A program made the translations under genes and the position numbers. The notes under the pieces were generated by a model. It had not been told where the DNA came from. It worked only from the letters and a program-made list of their open reading frames with translations, and ran no database searches. From the human T2T-CHM13v2.0 reference genome, Homo sapiens, in NCBI RefSeq assembly GCF_009914755.1, contig NC_060948.1: a stretch of 64,000 nucleotides of DNA; one strand, given 5' to 3'. Positions within the stretch are counted from its first letter, which is position 1, and the number at the start of each line of letters is the position of its first letter. Shown piece by piece: positions 1 through 16,396 of the stretch.

Positions 1-89
1 GAGGGTAAGGGAAATAATTCATTCCTGTAAGCAACAGCAGGCATCTCACCCGAAAAGGTATTTAAGCTTTCTCCACCTTGCCCTGACAG

Positions 90-1575
90 GTGGAAGAAGT
101 GAAGCATCCAGTTCACCTGTGCAAGATCATGTTGTTGTTTCAGAGTAACCCTTACTTCCAGAATAAAGTGATTACCAAGGAATATCTGGTGAACATCACA
201 GGTGACAGGTGGCTCCCAGGATGGGTGGTGGAAGGAAGATGGTGGGTGGATCATTGCCAATGTGATCCAATCCCCTTCCCGCAAAAATTCCTGTCTCTGT
301 AGAATACAGGGCTTCTCATTCCACTCCAATTGATTGGTATCCAGATTATGAAGTGGAGGCCTATCGCCGCAACCACCACAACAGGAGCCTGAATTCTTCA
401 ACTGGTTCTCTGACCACAACTTCGCAGGATCTAACAGGATTGCTGAGGTGAGTCCTCACTGGGAAACATGAGGAATGACCCCATGTGTTCCCAGCTGCTT
501 GGGTCACCATTCTGAGTCCTGATGAGGCCTTTCCCGATGGATTCCCCTGACAGATCCTATGTAAGGACCTGTGGTGCAATCCCCTGCAATCCTACAAGAG
601 GATGAAGCCACCTGAAGAGGGAACAGAGATTTCAGGTGAGCTGTTCAGTTGGAACTGAAGCTTTTTGATCCCCAGGATAAGGAGGTTGACACACCTGCCT
701 ATTCAGGGAGCCTGGAGGCTCATTTCAGAAATGTAGAAATTGAGCCTCCTTTCATACATGTAGAAATTCCTTGAGAGGAAGACAGAGTGTGACAGAATCC
801 AGGACATTCATGGCATTGGGCTGAAAAAGGCACATTAGAGACTGCACTGCAAAGCACGTTATAGCTGTGAAGTCTTAAGCCCAGCGAAGCATCATCCATT
901 TCCAGAATCACTGAGAAGAAAAGCTAAAAATCCTTCACTTCAGTCTGTGGCACTTGATTCCATGGCTGTCAACCCCACCGGCAGTCATCCTACCAACCCC
1001 ATAAGATTGGGCTCCCTGAATGTGCGTCCTGGTCCTCCTTGCCCCAAACCACAAAGGACTGTTTACATTGATGGATTTCCTTAAGCTATTGCCCCATCAG
1101 ATTTCTGTGTGCTTTTAGGGTACAGTGCATCTTGTTAGCTGACTCCCCTCACAGAGAATACTGGGAATGGGGCAGGGATTGCACAGAACAGTTTGTAACA
1201 CGTGGTAGGAGGAAGTTTAAGGGATCACAAATGGGGAAGGGATATCCTTTTCTCAGCGGGCCCTACAATTGAAATATTTCAAAGTATGGCTCAGAGAAAA
1301 TGCATTTTGACATGTGTTTGTGTTTCTCCAGGGTACTCCCAGATGTTGAGTTGAGTCTCTCCCCGATGTTGAGTTGAGTATGATGGAGCATCACACTTTA
1401 CCGAAAGCAGCAGAACTCCTAAAAAGTTACTACAGTATGCAGGATGTCAGTATTCAGCATGGTCTTATGCACAGGAACTAAAGGAAAAACAGATCGAGTC
1501 ACAGAAAATCAGACAGGAAGAGGGGGTAAACTTGGATTGTATGGAATGAAAAATAAACATTCTCAAGGATATGTG
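90..1575 (+). pseudogene. TSPY: TSPY-family pseudogene, 3' part (exons 90-201, 303-447, 554-635, 1332-~1575); tentatively TSPY15P
   Basis: Spliced translation gives [120 protein letters not shown], which matches the TSPY (NAP/SET family) C-terminal half. All GT-AG sites are intact. Exon 4 is 145 bp with a 1-bp frameshift near 392. The canonical stop is at 1352-1354. The 5' exons lie outside the window. Confidence 0.95.
1552..1557 (+). terminator. AATAAA polyadenylation signal of the TSPY copy
   Basis: AATAAA at the end of the TSPY 3'UTR, followed by a GT-rich downstream tract (~1570-1630). Confidence 0.8.
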
Positions 1576-4500
1576 ACTCTGTGTTTGTGTGTGTTTCTCT
1601 GTTTGGGTGTGTGTATGTGTGTGTATATTTATCCCCTGGATCCGGGTGTCATAATGAATTGATCAATCCATGTGCATTATTCTCTTCATGGAAATAACCA
1701 GTCTGTGTTGGAGCTGGGCCTCTAAAGTTGTAGAGTGAATAGGTGTGGAATGTGTTGAGATTCTTCCTACAGGACAGAGTTGGGGAGGTAAAAGCAAAAG
1801 ACAGCTTAGTTGGAGGCTTACTTCGTCCTATGGAAGCAGAGGTAGTTCAAGGAAAGGGGTCAATAGGCACTAAGGTTTCCAGGGCCCAGTTTGCTGGGAC
1901 CTCCAAAATCCTTCATTTTGGTATCATCATACCCAATAGATAGCACAGGATGATAGAAATCTTAAAGTTCAATTTCGTGTTGAATTCACATGTTCTCCTT
2001 TTAAAGGTGAATGCATAATCCTTTTCTGGGACAATCAGCCTCTCAGGACTTCTCAGACATCAACTTGAGAAGAAATGGGCATGTAACCTGTATGGAGGCA
2101 CTGTGGGAAAGGTGACAGAGGCATGTGGGAAGGCATTCAGGATACTGGCATAGATGACTAAGGGAAAATGCAAACTTACAGAAGTGAGGGAAAAGGGGGA
2201 GGATTTGTGGAATATAAGATTGCTGGAGGATCCACACATGGACTCTCTTGTCACTTGATGACCAGGATATGGACACTCTTGTTGATGTTTATATCTTTAG
2301 TTGTTTTAAGCTTTTCTCCAAGATTCTATGTTAAGTGAGGAGCCAATAATGTATGTAGCTAACAACATTATGAGTGCATTTTGTGCTCTTGCACATTCTA
2401 GTGAGGCTCTATTCTCCCTAGTGATGGGCACTGCAGATTATTTCTAGAGCCAGGACCCTTTTATTTTCTTTGGCCTTTTCAGCATACTTTGCCTAAGATT
2501 AATAATATAAAGAGAATATAGTTGCAGAGTATGTGTTGCAAGCCTCACACAGGAGGACAAAACATACAGTGTTCATTCTCGAGTGGGTGGCTGCTTCCCA
2601 GGGACACCTGTGTCTATGCACAAGATAAGGGGTTGCCTCTATCATAGAAGGGGGAGGAGGATTTCATTGTTGGGCACAGAACTTTCTTCCCTGTTCCCAG
2701 ATAAAACAGTTCCAACATGAGCATCCATGTTGGCCACACACTAATAGAGTGCTAACATTCCTGTCCTCTACAGACTCTGGTCAGCACAGCTCCTGAGAGA
2801 AGAGCTGTGTTGTTTCAGGGAAGGGTGTTTGACAGTCAAAGTTCATGAATCTGTTGTGCTGCCTTCAAAAAGCATTCCACACCTCCTGCTCGGTATCAGC
2901 AGTTGAGCTTTGAAAATCTATAGCCCAGTTTTGCCCCTGCTCCTATGCAAAGAGCTGAGGCTCTCCAGCAGGAGTCTTGTCCTCCTCTGACTACTGTCCC
3001 CATGTCCCACAAACACAGGAGAAACGGGTTTCCTCAGCAAATTATTATGAAAACAGTTGGAACCCTTTGGCCCCCGCAAGCTGCCATTATCTTACTGTGT
3101 GCTGGTCAAAGGCACTGTGGTCCAGTACAGTACCCCTATAGTGGAATGGGGCAACAGATTGGTGTGTGCACTCAGGGCAACTCAGATTAGGAAACATCTG
3201 GGGACTTGCCTATAATGAGGTCGTCTGAAAAGGTCTTGCCCCAAATTTAATGCATAGGAAAAAGTTGAGGAAAGGGTCTTGCAATTATTTTTCTAGGAGG
3301 TAAATAGAAAAGAAAAATACCGTAAATAGATGCCAGGGCTAGTTTTGGAGCTAGACTGTTTTAAAGTGGTACGGGAAGCACTTTTTCCAAGGCAGGCAGC
3401 AAACCAGGAACTGTCTACAATGGATGGGCATGCCATGAGTTGCTGGCTCAGCCATATTGACACCCCAGTAAGTGAATGCAGCAGACTGGGCTTCTTCCTC
3501 CATTCCTACATACAATTCAGTCTAGTGATTTCACATGAGAACCCTTCTTTTGGTATTATCAGAGATGGTGCTGAATTATACAGGCTGTCTAATGATTCTT
3601 CCACTGCATGTTCATGCACATGGGCCGCAGATACTAAGGTCACTGACAAATTTGTATTCTGCCTCAGTAACTCTGAAACACCTGTGTTATTTCTAGTGTC
3701 AGGGTCTTGGTGTTTTTTCATGTTTAAACTACCACGTGTGTGTTTGTAGTTGTGTATGTTTATTTTTCTGTGTGGGTTTATATGTTTTCTCTGACTCCAC
3801 CTATGTCTCTGTCTACCCAATAGGTTTCCACACTACTTGTAGTAATTTTACATGCCTATCTCTACAACCGTGCTGGACTTTGTATCTGTGTCTTTGAACA
3901 TCGATCACTCTCTGTCCCTTCCTTTTTTTCCTTTCTTTCCTTTACACCCCTCCTTTCTTCCTTCCCCACCACACGCTTTCCATCTGTATCATCTGTCTTT
4001 TTATTCTCTATCTAAATTCAGTTTGTAATTCTGAATCTGTTATCAGTGGCATCAGATTATCATTTTAATGTCTGGATGAAATTCCTCTTTCAAAGACTCT
4101 CAGCTGAAGGATATGAGTTCTTTTTTTGAGCCACAATGAAGGGTTTATTTCTGGCCGATCTAGCAATGACTGTTAAAAAAAATACTGGGCATGACAGGAA
4201 AGCCAAAAATCACACGGATTCCACTCATCCCACTCAGTGTATCCAAAAGGTGGAAAAGTGAAAAAGTGGGTGATTCCTGTGGTCTCCAAAGCAGAATGAG
4301 AACTTTCAAGTGATTGTGTCAGATCATTTTCCAGGAGGCAGCTGTAGTTCGTAGATACATGCTGTGTAAACACAAGCACAATGATGAAACCAATAAAATG
4401 TTCTTCTCCCTCTGTTTTAATGTTATTTTATCTTTTTAACAAATATTATACATACATAATTTCTTCATGACATGTCATAAACTATTGTTTAATGAACTCA

Positions 4501-4924
4501 TACATGAGTTCTTCATTGTGTCAAAGAATGTCAAAGCATCATGATTCGTTATGACCTGCTACAGATAAGTGATAGGAAATAACAAAATGAGGGCATATAG
4601 AAAGGACAAATCATGATCTGAGAACTTCACCAAGAGGTTCAGGCTAGATGAATGTATGTCAGGGATTCAGAAAGAAACTTGCACTTGTTATTAAGGGCTA
4701 TGAATCCAAAAGAAGCACTCTTTGACATTTATGTCTTTTAACTCATTTGGGGAGTTTGGTGTGTTATTATTTACAGTGTTCTCTCTACCTTTTTTCATTA
4801 TTCTCCCCATCTGGGGCTGTTATTATGTGAAAGCTGTTTCCTAGGATTGCATAAGGTCTACTGATATTTCATTTATTTTGATTCTCCTCACACTACATAG
4901 TTTTAATTTACCTAATGTGACGCT

Positions 4925-5240
4925 TTTTGTGTTCATTTCCTTAGAATGGGTCTTACTCTGTCTCCTAGGTTGAAGAGCAGCCCCATGATCTCTGCCCACT
5001 GTAGCCCAGACACCACACACCTATGTGATCCTCTCAACTTAGACTCTCACACACCTGGCAGTACAGGTGCATGCCACCCCTCCCAGCTATGTATTAATTA
5101 ATTAATTAATTAATTAATTACTTTTTGGATGTGGGCCCATGTTGCCCCAGGCTCATCTGGAACTCCTGAGTGCAGGCAATCCTCCCACCTCAGCCTCTCA
5201 AAATGCTGGGATTACAGGTGTGACCCATGGCCCGGCCATG
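4925..5240 (-). mobile_element. Highly diverged Alu (AluJ-like) with (TAAT)n expansion in the linker (5094-5120)
   Basis: caatcctcccacctcagcctctcaaaatgctgggattacaggtgtga antisense Alu arm. Confidence 0.75.
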
Positions 5241-5529
5241 GCTTTGTGTTTTTTGCTTTTTATTCCTCCTCCTCACGTCTTCTATTGAAACATGCAGTGA
5301 AGGTTTCAATTCATGGACTATAGTCTCCGCGCCTGTAATTTCTATCTTTCAACTCATCATCGGCCTTCACTGGGATTTTCATATATATGTATATACATGT
5401 ACACATATATTTTTTTCTTAACTTACCAAACGACGTCGCATTCTTTCCTGTATCATGAAAAAGACTTTGATAGAAAAGAAAAGCACTGCTTTATAATAAA
5501 ATACTTTATTGACATTTATTCTCTTGAGG

Positions 5530-7260
5530 AATTTTAAAAATTGTTTATTTTTTAAAATGGCGTATGAAAAGATACATGTTTATAACTTACGGGGTGATGT
5601 TCCAAAGGTCATATACATTATGCAGTGGATGCATTCAGCTAATCAACATAAGCATGACCTCACATACTTGTCATTTTTGTTGTGAAAAAACTGACAAGCA
5701 CTGTCTTCGAATTTTTTAGAGAAAGAATATATTATCCCTAGTTATAGTCAGCATGCTGAAGAAAATGTTTTTAACCTATTCCTCCTTTCTAACTAGAAAT
5801 ATGTATTTTTGATACAGCATCTCCTCAGTGCACCCTCTTCACCCCAACCATTGGAGTCACTACCTCTGTGAGGTCTGCTTTTTATATTTCATATAAGGAT
5901 GAGGTCATGTGCTATTTGCCTTTCTGATACATGGCTTATGTCACTTAACAAAATGGCATGCACACATTCAGCATATTCACACACATTGTCACAACTGGCA
6001 GGATTTCCTTTTTTATTACTGCAGTGCATTTTTCCGTTGTGCATATGTGTTTTTGCCCCATTTTTTTAATCCACTCATCAATCGAGGGACTCTCAGGTTG
6101 CTTCTGTATTTTGGCTATAGCAAAAATGTAAAGAGTGCAGCAATAATTGCATCGGTGCATGCACCGCTTCAACATACTGATATGTGTATTTGTGGGTGTG
6201 CCCCAGAATTCTGATTTGCTGGATCATATGGTGGGTGGTTCTACTTGTAGATTTCTGAATACTGTTTATACTTAAATAAAAGCCATAAAGCTTCTTGTAA
6301 TGCCTGCACTACTTTACATTCTCACCAAAAGTGAGCAATGATTTCCTTTTCTCTGCATCCTCACTAGAAATGAGCATTTTTGTTTGTTTGTTTGTTTGTT
6401 TTGTCTTTTGGATAATAGGCATTCTGACTGAAATGAGAAGAAATCTCACTCTGTTTTTGATTTGCATTTTCCTGAAGGATTAGGACTTTTTAGTGTGTCT
6501 TCTGGGCAACTGTATGTCTTCGTTTTACAAATGAGTATTCACAGCCTTAGCCCATTGGTTTTCATGCTATTGATTTGTTGGGAGTTCCTTATGTACTGTG
6601 AATATTCACCAGTTAGCAGATGCATGGTGATCCAATCATTCCTCCCATCCTGTAGGATGTCCCTGTCTGTTTAGTTTTCTGTGGTGTGTGGAAGCACTTT
6701 AGTTTGATATGATTCCGTTCTCTATTTTTGATGGTGTTTACTGTGCTCTCGCAGTCACTTTGAGACCATCATTGCCCACAGGGTTGCCGTGGAGCTTCTT
6801 CCTTGTGATTTCTCCTAGTATTTTTATCGTTTCAAGTCTGACATTGGAGTTTGGTGAGAAATAATCCACTTGTAAAATGCTTTATGTGGATACTCAGGTT
6901 TTCCCCAGCCTAGTTTATAGAAGATACTTGATTTTGCACTGGGTATTCTTGCTTCTTTGGGAAAAGGCTGTGAGCTGCAAATGCAGTGACTTAGTTCTGG
7001 GCTCCTATTGTTTCTCATAAGCTCGAGTCTTCCCTTTTCTGCCAGTGCTATTCTATTTTGGTACGTAAAGCTTTGTAGTAGATCATGAAGTTAGGCAGTG
7101 TGATGCCTCCAGCTTTGTGCTTTTTACTGGTTTGCTCTGGGTTTTCAGGATCTTCTGCCATTTCATAGCAAATTTAGGATTCTCAGATTGTTTTTCTAAG
7201 AATGGGTCATTGATATTTTTACAGGGGTTGTATAGAATCTGAAGATCACTTAGGTAGTAC
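5530..7260 (-). mobile_element. Old L1 (L1MA-like) 3' end
   Basis: Antisense L1 ORF2 C-terminus and 3'UTR; ORF 5945-6175(-) has IAKIQKQPESPSIDEWIKKM. Confidence 0.8.
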
Positions 7261-10200
7261 TGATGTCAGTGCCATTTAGACAATGTGTGTGTATGCACAT
7301 GCACAGGGCCAAGAGACACTGGGTGTCCTCACCAATAGTGAGGTGCGCCTTAATGTCCAGACAGATTGCCTTCCTGGAAGCACTCGGAAGGTCCCCTTCC
7401 TTCTTGCTGTCTCTTCACATTTCCTCCCCTGTGAGCCCTCTGTGGTCCTCCAGATTCCCTGTCTTTTTGGGGGGTGGAGAGTTGCTGAGTTTGGCCTGCC
7501 TTTTTTAGGGGCGGGGAGTTGCTGGCTGAATGAGGATGGCAGAGGGAAACGAGCATGTCAGAGGAGACTGGCATCATCCAAACGGAACTTGGCAGCCCTG
7601 GGAGAGTCATTCTGGGAGGATGCAGACCTAGAGAGGCCTCAGGTGGGCATCTGTGTGGAGGGTGAGAGAGCCCTGGTTGAGTCCAAGCTGAACCCCAGGT
7701 AGTAAGTAGCAAGTCTCAGGACAAGGAAGGGAGCTAGCAAGGGCTGATGAGGCAGCTATCTCTTGATCCTGGCTTCTCACCCATTGACCTTAGCTACTTA
7801 TGTCTATTAAGCAGATTAGGGTTCCCCCATCCTGAAACGTGGGTACTACAGTTCCCTGGTGGGCCTTTCTCCACCAGCCTATGATGGCCTAAGTTTGCTT
7901 ACTGCAGTCTCCTCCTTGAGCCTTGGCTTCTCTATGTGTGTCCTACCTCCAAGACCCACAGGCCTCTCAACCCCCAGCCCTGGGCTGCTTCCCTGGCCTC
8001 TTCTCTGTTCCCTCTCTGAGGGCCTAACTCCCTTGGGTAGTGCTGCAGAATATAGAGCCACAGGCCCTGGCTGATGATCTGGTGGACTGGGCAAATTGGT
8101 CATGACAGGTCAGGTTCTGGTTCAAAGCCAATTCCTCTGATGCCAAGGAATGTCGAAGAAGGTCCTTTGCCATGATGCCCCATAGCTGCCCCACCTCAGC
8201 AATCGTGCCGTACCCTGGGCAGTCACAGTCAGCCAATCAGCTGAAGAAGCTCAGTTAGGTAGTGACCTGCGGGAAACTCGGGCTTTCACCTGCATGACCC
8301 TAGAACCACTGGACTGCAGTGGAGCCAGTCGCCCTGTATCCTGGAGAGAGAGGAGTCAGCAAGGCTCACGCCAGGCACGGCTTCCTGCATACTGTCCCCT
8401 CTAACATGCCGGGAGGCACTCCTCATTGAGGATACCAATGCAATACTCCTTACTGATCACTTCATTGCGGAAGTAAACGTTGTGATGAAAGGCAAACTTC
8501 TTCCTGACACTTGTACTCAGGATAGTTGAGTTCCTTCACCTGCCTGTCCAAGAGGGAGAAAGAGGACAGTCAAGGGATAATTTCATCTAGGTGGGCTGAT
8601 GTGGCCTTGTAGCTGGGGTGAAGCATGCGTTTCCACTTCCCAGCTCTCGCACTGAGACACCACTGAGCCCCAGGAGAACCTCAACCTGACCAGGACCTTA
8701 GCACCCTCCTCCAGACCCAGGCTTCCCATCCTGACTTGCCAATCCAACATGTAGATTTGCAGGACTTCCTCATGGTTTCTGAGCTACTTGCTGTCATCAG
8801 AAATGATCATAACTTTTAAACTGTTGTTTATGCCAACCTAAATTTTTCATTTTTACTACCTCATGTTTTGGATGAGGCATGTATTTTTAAATTTATTTTC
8901 ACCCTTATTGTACCTCTGTGATAAACTGCTTACTTACATTCATACCATAATTTTCTTTCACTTTTACTTCTCTGTTCCTAAAGATTCACTGAAACTAAGA
9001 ATTCTATTTACGCTTGTATCTTTCAGCAACCATATGTCAGATAACAGTGCACATTACTGCAGAAATCACATATACAGGTCCAAAGGGAGATGACGAAGAA
9101 GAAAGCAAGCTTTAAAGTCTATACATTCCTAACACTGTATCAGAAACTCACAAATAACAATGAAATCAAAGAATGATCACAGCCAATTCCATTTCATACC
9201 TAGACTGAAATATAAAACTTCAAAAGAAAAGAAAGTTAAGAACTTTGGGTTTGTAAAAATTTTCCTATATAGATAAAATTATTGGTAACTTTGTCTCACT
9301 AGAAAACATAAACAAAAATCCACATTTTTCATATGTGTAAATATACATATTTTTATTTCCATCAGTTATGACATGCAAGCAAGTAATAAAGTGAAAATAC
9401 AATAAAATGATATATGGAACTTCCTCAGTCTCAAAATATTACATTGAGACTATTAATTTTATGAAAACCATAAAGAATGCTTCATGAAATTATATTATAC
9501 GTACTTTTTAGTATTTTACTTACATTTTAAATAATCAACAATTAAAGGGAATTTTTCAACATTATTGATTATGAATACCAATATTTTCCTTGAGTAATCC
9601 TGTTGAAATTAACTATTTTAAATAAAACATTAAAAAGAAAGTATATTAAATGATTTCAGCTTTTGATGAAGTCATACACCTGTAATTGTAGTAAGGTGAA
9701 GTATAACTTTCTCCTCATGATTAATCTTTTATAACACCAGTGTAGTTGTTTTCTCTGACACCAACATTGTGATATCTCAGGGCTTTACTGTATCCATACA
9801 TTACATGCCTCCAGAGAGTAGGCTTCAAACATAATGAAAAATTATATTTGTGACAAAATTGTTGGAAAGGGAATGGTAAAATGGGAGAATAATTTCTAAC
9901 TTTCTGACTGTTGGTCAATGGAATTATATATATTTAGATACAGACACGTATTTGCACACTGTAAGTTTGCCCTTGTACATATACATTTATATGAGATACC
10001 CATAATATATGGGTTGTGTAATCTTTTAATTAATCCACAATTGTATATGTGTGAAATTGGATAAGCAGTTACTGTTTCTTTACTCAATTTGATGGAAAGC
10101 CAAAAAAACTCTGTCAACATTCATTTCAATTAATCCAATACTGTTAACTACTGCTAGCTTCATTCTCCTTGTTCTCTTTTGTCAATCTGAAAGTTAATTC

Positions 10201-10839
10201 TCACTCTAATTCAACTCTCAGGGTGCGATCCACAAAAGACTTTCATCTTGCTGTCGATTGTGACCTCTAACTCCACCTCTTTCTTCCTATAGCAGTCCTA
10301 CCTTTGCATATGTAGTAAACTTTGTACATAGTTAAAAGGATAAAAGTTCAGTGAAATGTCAAGTCATACTGTGAAATGTTCCATTGTTTCTATATCTCTA
10401 ATTGTCCTTTCATGTTATAGAGGTAAGAAAAAAAATTCAATGTTTTTCTTAGTATCCAGTCTAATGCACTCTTTCTTCATAATATGCCAAACCCATCCCT
10501 TCAAGACATTGACATCTAAACATGGGTGAACATCTCAAAATCTCTTCTCATTAATAACCATTATGTTAATCACTATTGCCCACAACTGGAATCTGACTGT
10601 TAAATCCCCCAGTGGAAATTGCTGTAATGGCTCAAACTACTGGAATGTCTATTTTTTTACCTGAAAATATCTGATGAGCATATACATATGCTATGTAAAT
10701 GAACATATTGTATATTAACAACATACCTTCACTAATAATAGGTATCCCAAACCTTTGAGCCAAACTGAGCTCAGATGCTCCCACAAACCAAGCTTTTTCC
10801 TGCACAGATTTCTTTTTATGTCAAAAAACCACAACTCCA

Positions 10840-11500
<661 letters not shown>

Positions 11501-11602
11501 AAAAATAATACCCACTGCAAAAGTTTGCCACAGAAAAGATTAAACATTTCACCAACTTCTACCTTCTATAACGGAAGCCAAAGTTATTTGGACCAACCCT
11601 CC

Positions 11603-11955
11603 TGTATTAGTTCATTTTCATGCTGCTGATAAAGACATACTTGAAACTGGGAAGAAAAGGAGGTTTAATTGGACTTACAGTTCCACATGGCTGGGGAGGC
11701 CTCAGAATCATGGTATGCGAATAAAGGCACTTCTTACATGGCAATGCCAAGAGAGAATGAAGAAGAACTTAAAGCGGAAACCCCTGAAAAACCCATCAGA
11801 TCTCGTGAGACTTCTTCACTATCACAAGAACAGCATGAGAAAGACCAACCCCCGTCGTTCAATTACCTCCCCCTAGGTCCTACCTGCAACATGTGGGAAT
11901 TCTGGGAGATACAATTGAAGTTGAGATTTGAATGGAGACACACCAAACCATGTCA
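11603..11955 (-). mobile_element. THE1 (ERVL-MaLR) solo LTR
   Basis: tgtattagttcattttcatgctgctgataaagacatac...aaaccatgtca; TG...CA ends; 5-bp flanks cctcc/cttcc. Confidence 0.9.
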
Positions 11956-12429
11956 CTTCCCAAACAATTAAAAATTCCCAATAGAAGAAGCATTAATTAT
12001 ATCAAAAAGTGGTGGACCAAGAAGGAACTATTAGCCTCATATCTCAAGAAAGACTCCAGTCAAGGCCTAGGGACTACTCATGAAAAGAGTTTAATAGCCG
12101 ACTCTCTCCCAGTGGATCTGGATTCCACCGGACTGTATCTTCACAGTAAGGGTGAAAGAGAAGCAAACCCATTCCTATTTCCAAGCTCAAGGAACTTTGG
12201 TCAAAGTTCTCTTGGAGCTGAGCAGAACAAGGAGGCAAACAGAAACAATTTGTGTCCCTGAGAAGTCATGGCCACAGGCTGGCTATCACACAGATTGTCA
12301 AGCCAGTTCCATATTGCATGGGTATTACAGAAAATCTCAAAACATAAATTTGTGTGTGTGTTGTCCCAGAGTAGCAGGATCTGGCAGAAGGAAATTTCCT
12401 TCTAACCCTCAAAGAATCCACATAAATCT

Positions 12430-14340
<1,911 letters not shown>

Positions 14341-14727
14341 GAAATTATATTGGAGAAGAAGATAGCACCACACTGATTGTGTTTGTGTCAGACTATCACA
14401 GCTCAAGGTTGTCATGTTTTATTAAGGAGAAATGTTGTATTTCTTGGTATTCACATTGTAACCTGAAGAAGGGCAATGACTGTCAAAAATTTAAATGTAT
14501 GGGTAATAGTTAGAAGATGCAAGCACTGTATCCTCCAGAATTTTAGCATATGCAAACCTTTAAATTCCAGGCAAGTTGACTTAAGCTTCAACATTCTCCC
14601 AGCTAAAATGAATCCATTTGTGCTAATTTCTGTGATCAAAGGTGAATAAGACATTGTTTCTGCCTTCAGTGATAGCTCAATCCAAAGGGAGACAAATAGA
14701 AATGATGTAAAAAGAGAGATATGTAGT

Positions 14728-15035
<308 letters not shown>

Positions 15036-15299
15036 CAGATACGTAAAGTGCTCTAAAAGCTGAGAAAAGGGACAGAATATCTGTGACAGGTAACTTGTTT
15101 GGGGCAGTTGGAAATACGGAGGTCTCAGTGTGTGCTTTCACTATGTCCCTAAAGGTGTTGAATGTGGAGTGCTCAAACCTCAAGCTTATAGCTTCATGAA
15201 GGAAAAATTATGTTAGAATGAGACAAAAAGCCCCTCAACCACTACATCAATTATTTTATTCCTGAATAACTTACAGCAGAATGTCAATCTTTAATGAGT

Positions 15300-15490
15300 A
15301 GAAATGCTTCTCAATCATACAAACAACTTAGATTCACCTGGGGAGTTAACAAAAAGCATCCCACATCTGAGATCTACCCTAGACCAATTATATCAGAATT
15401 TATGGGGATCAATGGATTCTGGATATGTGAGCTTTTGTAAGCTTGGCAGATAACTTTAATGTGCATTCAAAATTGAGAGCAACTATGTTA
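15300..15490. mobile_element. MER5-like hAT DNA transposon remnant
   Basis: gcttctcaa...ttcacctggg...accaattatatcagaatt...ttgagagcaact pattern. Confidence 0.5.
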
Positions 15491-15579
15491 AGAACAATAA
15501 TCCATGACAGTAAGTTCCTATCTACTCATCTGCCCTTAATTATATTACACTGTTCTCATGCAGCATGATACAAGTAAAA

Positions 15580-15897
15580 ATTATTATTATTATTACTATT
15601 ATTATTATTATTATTTTGAAATGGTGTCTAGCTCTGTTGCCCAGGCTGGAGTGCGTTGGCGCAACCTCAGCTCACTGAAACATCTGACTCCTGGGTTCAA
15701 GGGATTCTCCTGCCTCAGCCTCCCAAGTAGCTGGGATTACAGGCACCCACAAACATGCCCAGCTAATTTTTGTATTTTCAGTAGTGACGTGGTTTCACTG
15801 CATTGGCCAGGCTGGTCTCCAACTCCTGACTTCGTGACCCACCCACCTTGGCCTCCCAAAGTGCTGGGATTACAAGTTGAGCCACCGCACCCAGCCA
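15580..15897 (-). mobile_element. Alu with (TAT)n tail
   Basis: Antisense Alu preceded by (tat)n; this explains the poly-Tyr ORF. Confidence 0.9.
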
Positions 15898-15932
15898 ACA
15901 TTAATATTTTAAAATATTTAGAAATATATGTT

Positions 15933-16232
15933 GCAGGGCACAGTGGCTCAAGCCTGTAATCCCATCACTTTGAGAGGCCAAGGTGGGTGGGTCACTTGAA
16001 CTGAGGAGTTCAAGACCAGCTTGAAAATATGGTGAAACCCGGTGTCTACAAAAAATACAAAAAATTAGCCAGGACTGGTGGTGTGTGCCTGTGGTCCCAG
16101 CTACTCAGGAAGCTTAGGTGAGAGGATTGCTCAGGAGGATCACTTGAGCTCAGGAGGCTGAAGGTGCAGTGTGCAGAGATTGAGCCTCTGCATTCCAGTC
16201 CAGTCTGGGCAACAAACTGAGTCTCTGTCTCA
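15933..16232 (+). mobile_element. Alu (J-like)
   Basis: cagtggctcaagcctgtaatccc...ctgtctc. Confidence 0.85.
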
Positions 16233-16239
16233 TATATGA

Positions 16240-16240
<1 letters not shown>

Positions 16241-16272
<32 letters not shown>

Positions 16273-16355
16273 CATATACATGTATATGTACATATACATG
16301 TATATGTACATATACACACACATATACATATATAGGAAAGAGTGAAACTCCCTCT

Positions 16356-16392
<37 letters not shown>
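16241..16392. repeat. Compound microsatellite (TG)n-(TACATA)n-(CA)n
   Basis: Directly visible. Confidence 0.95.

Positions 16393-16396
<4 letters not shown>

Larger units (their letters stand above)
1630..8790. repeat. Remainder of a TSPY (DYZ5)-type amplicon unit, probably including FAM197Y-like antisense exon sequence (GC-richer 7300-8760)
   Basis: Position directly downstream of TSPY, plus established knowledge that TSPY units carry an antisense FAM197Y transcription unit. Exon boundaries could not be resolved by eye. Confidence 0.45.

Noticed and set aside
3330-3820. Overlapping 139-aa and 104-aa ORFs, and similar ORFs at 7263-8236
   Set aside because: No recognisable homology or domain; lengths are compatible with chance in amplicon DNA.
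8060-8170. Possible C/D-box snoRNA (tgatga ... ctga)
   Set aside because: There is no convincing terminal stem or guide, the motifs are short enough to occur by chance, and the region is better explained as TSPY-unit sequence.
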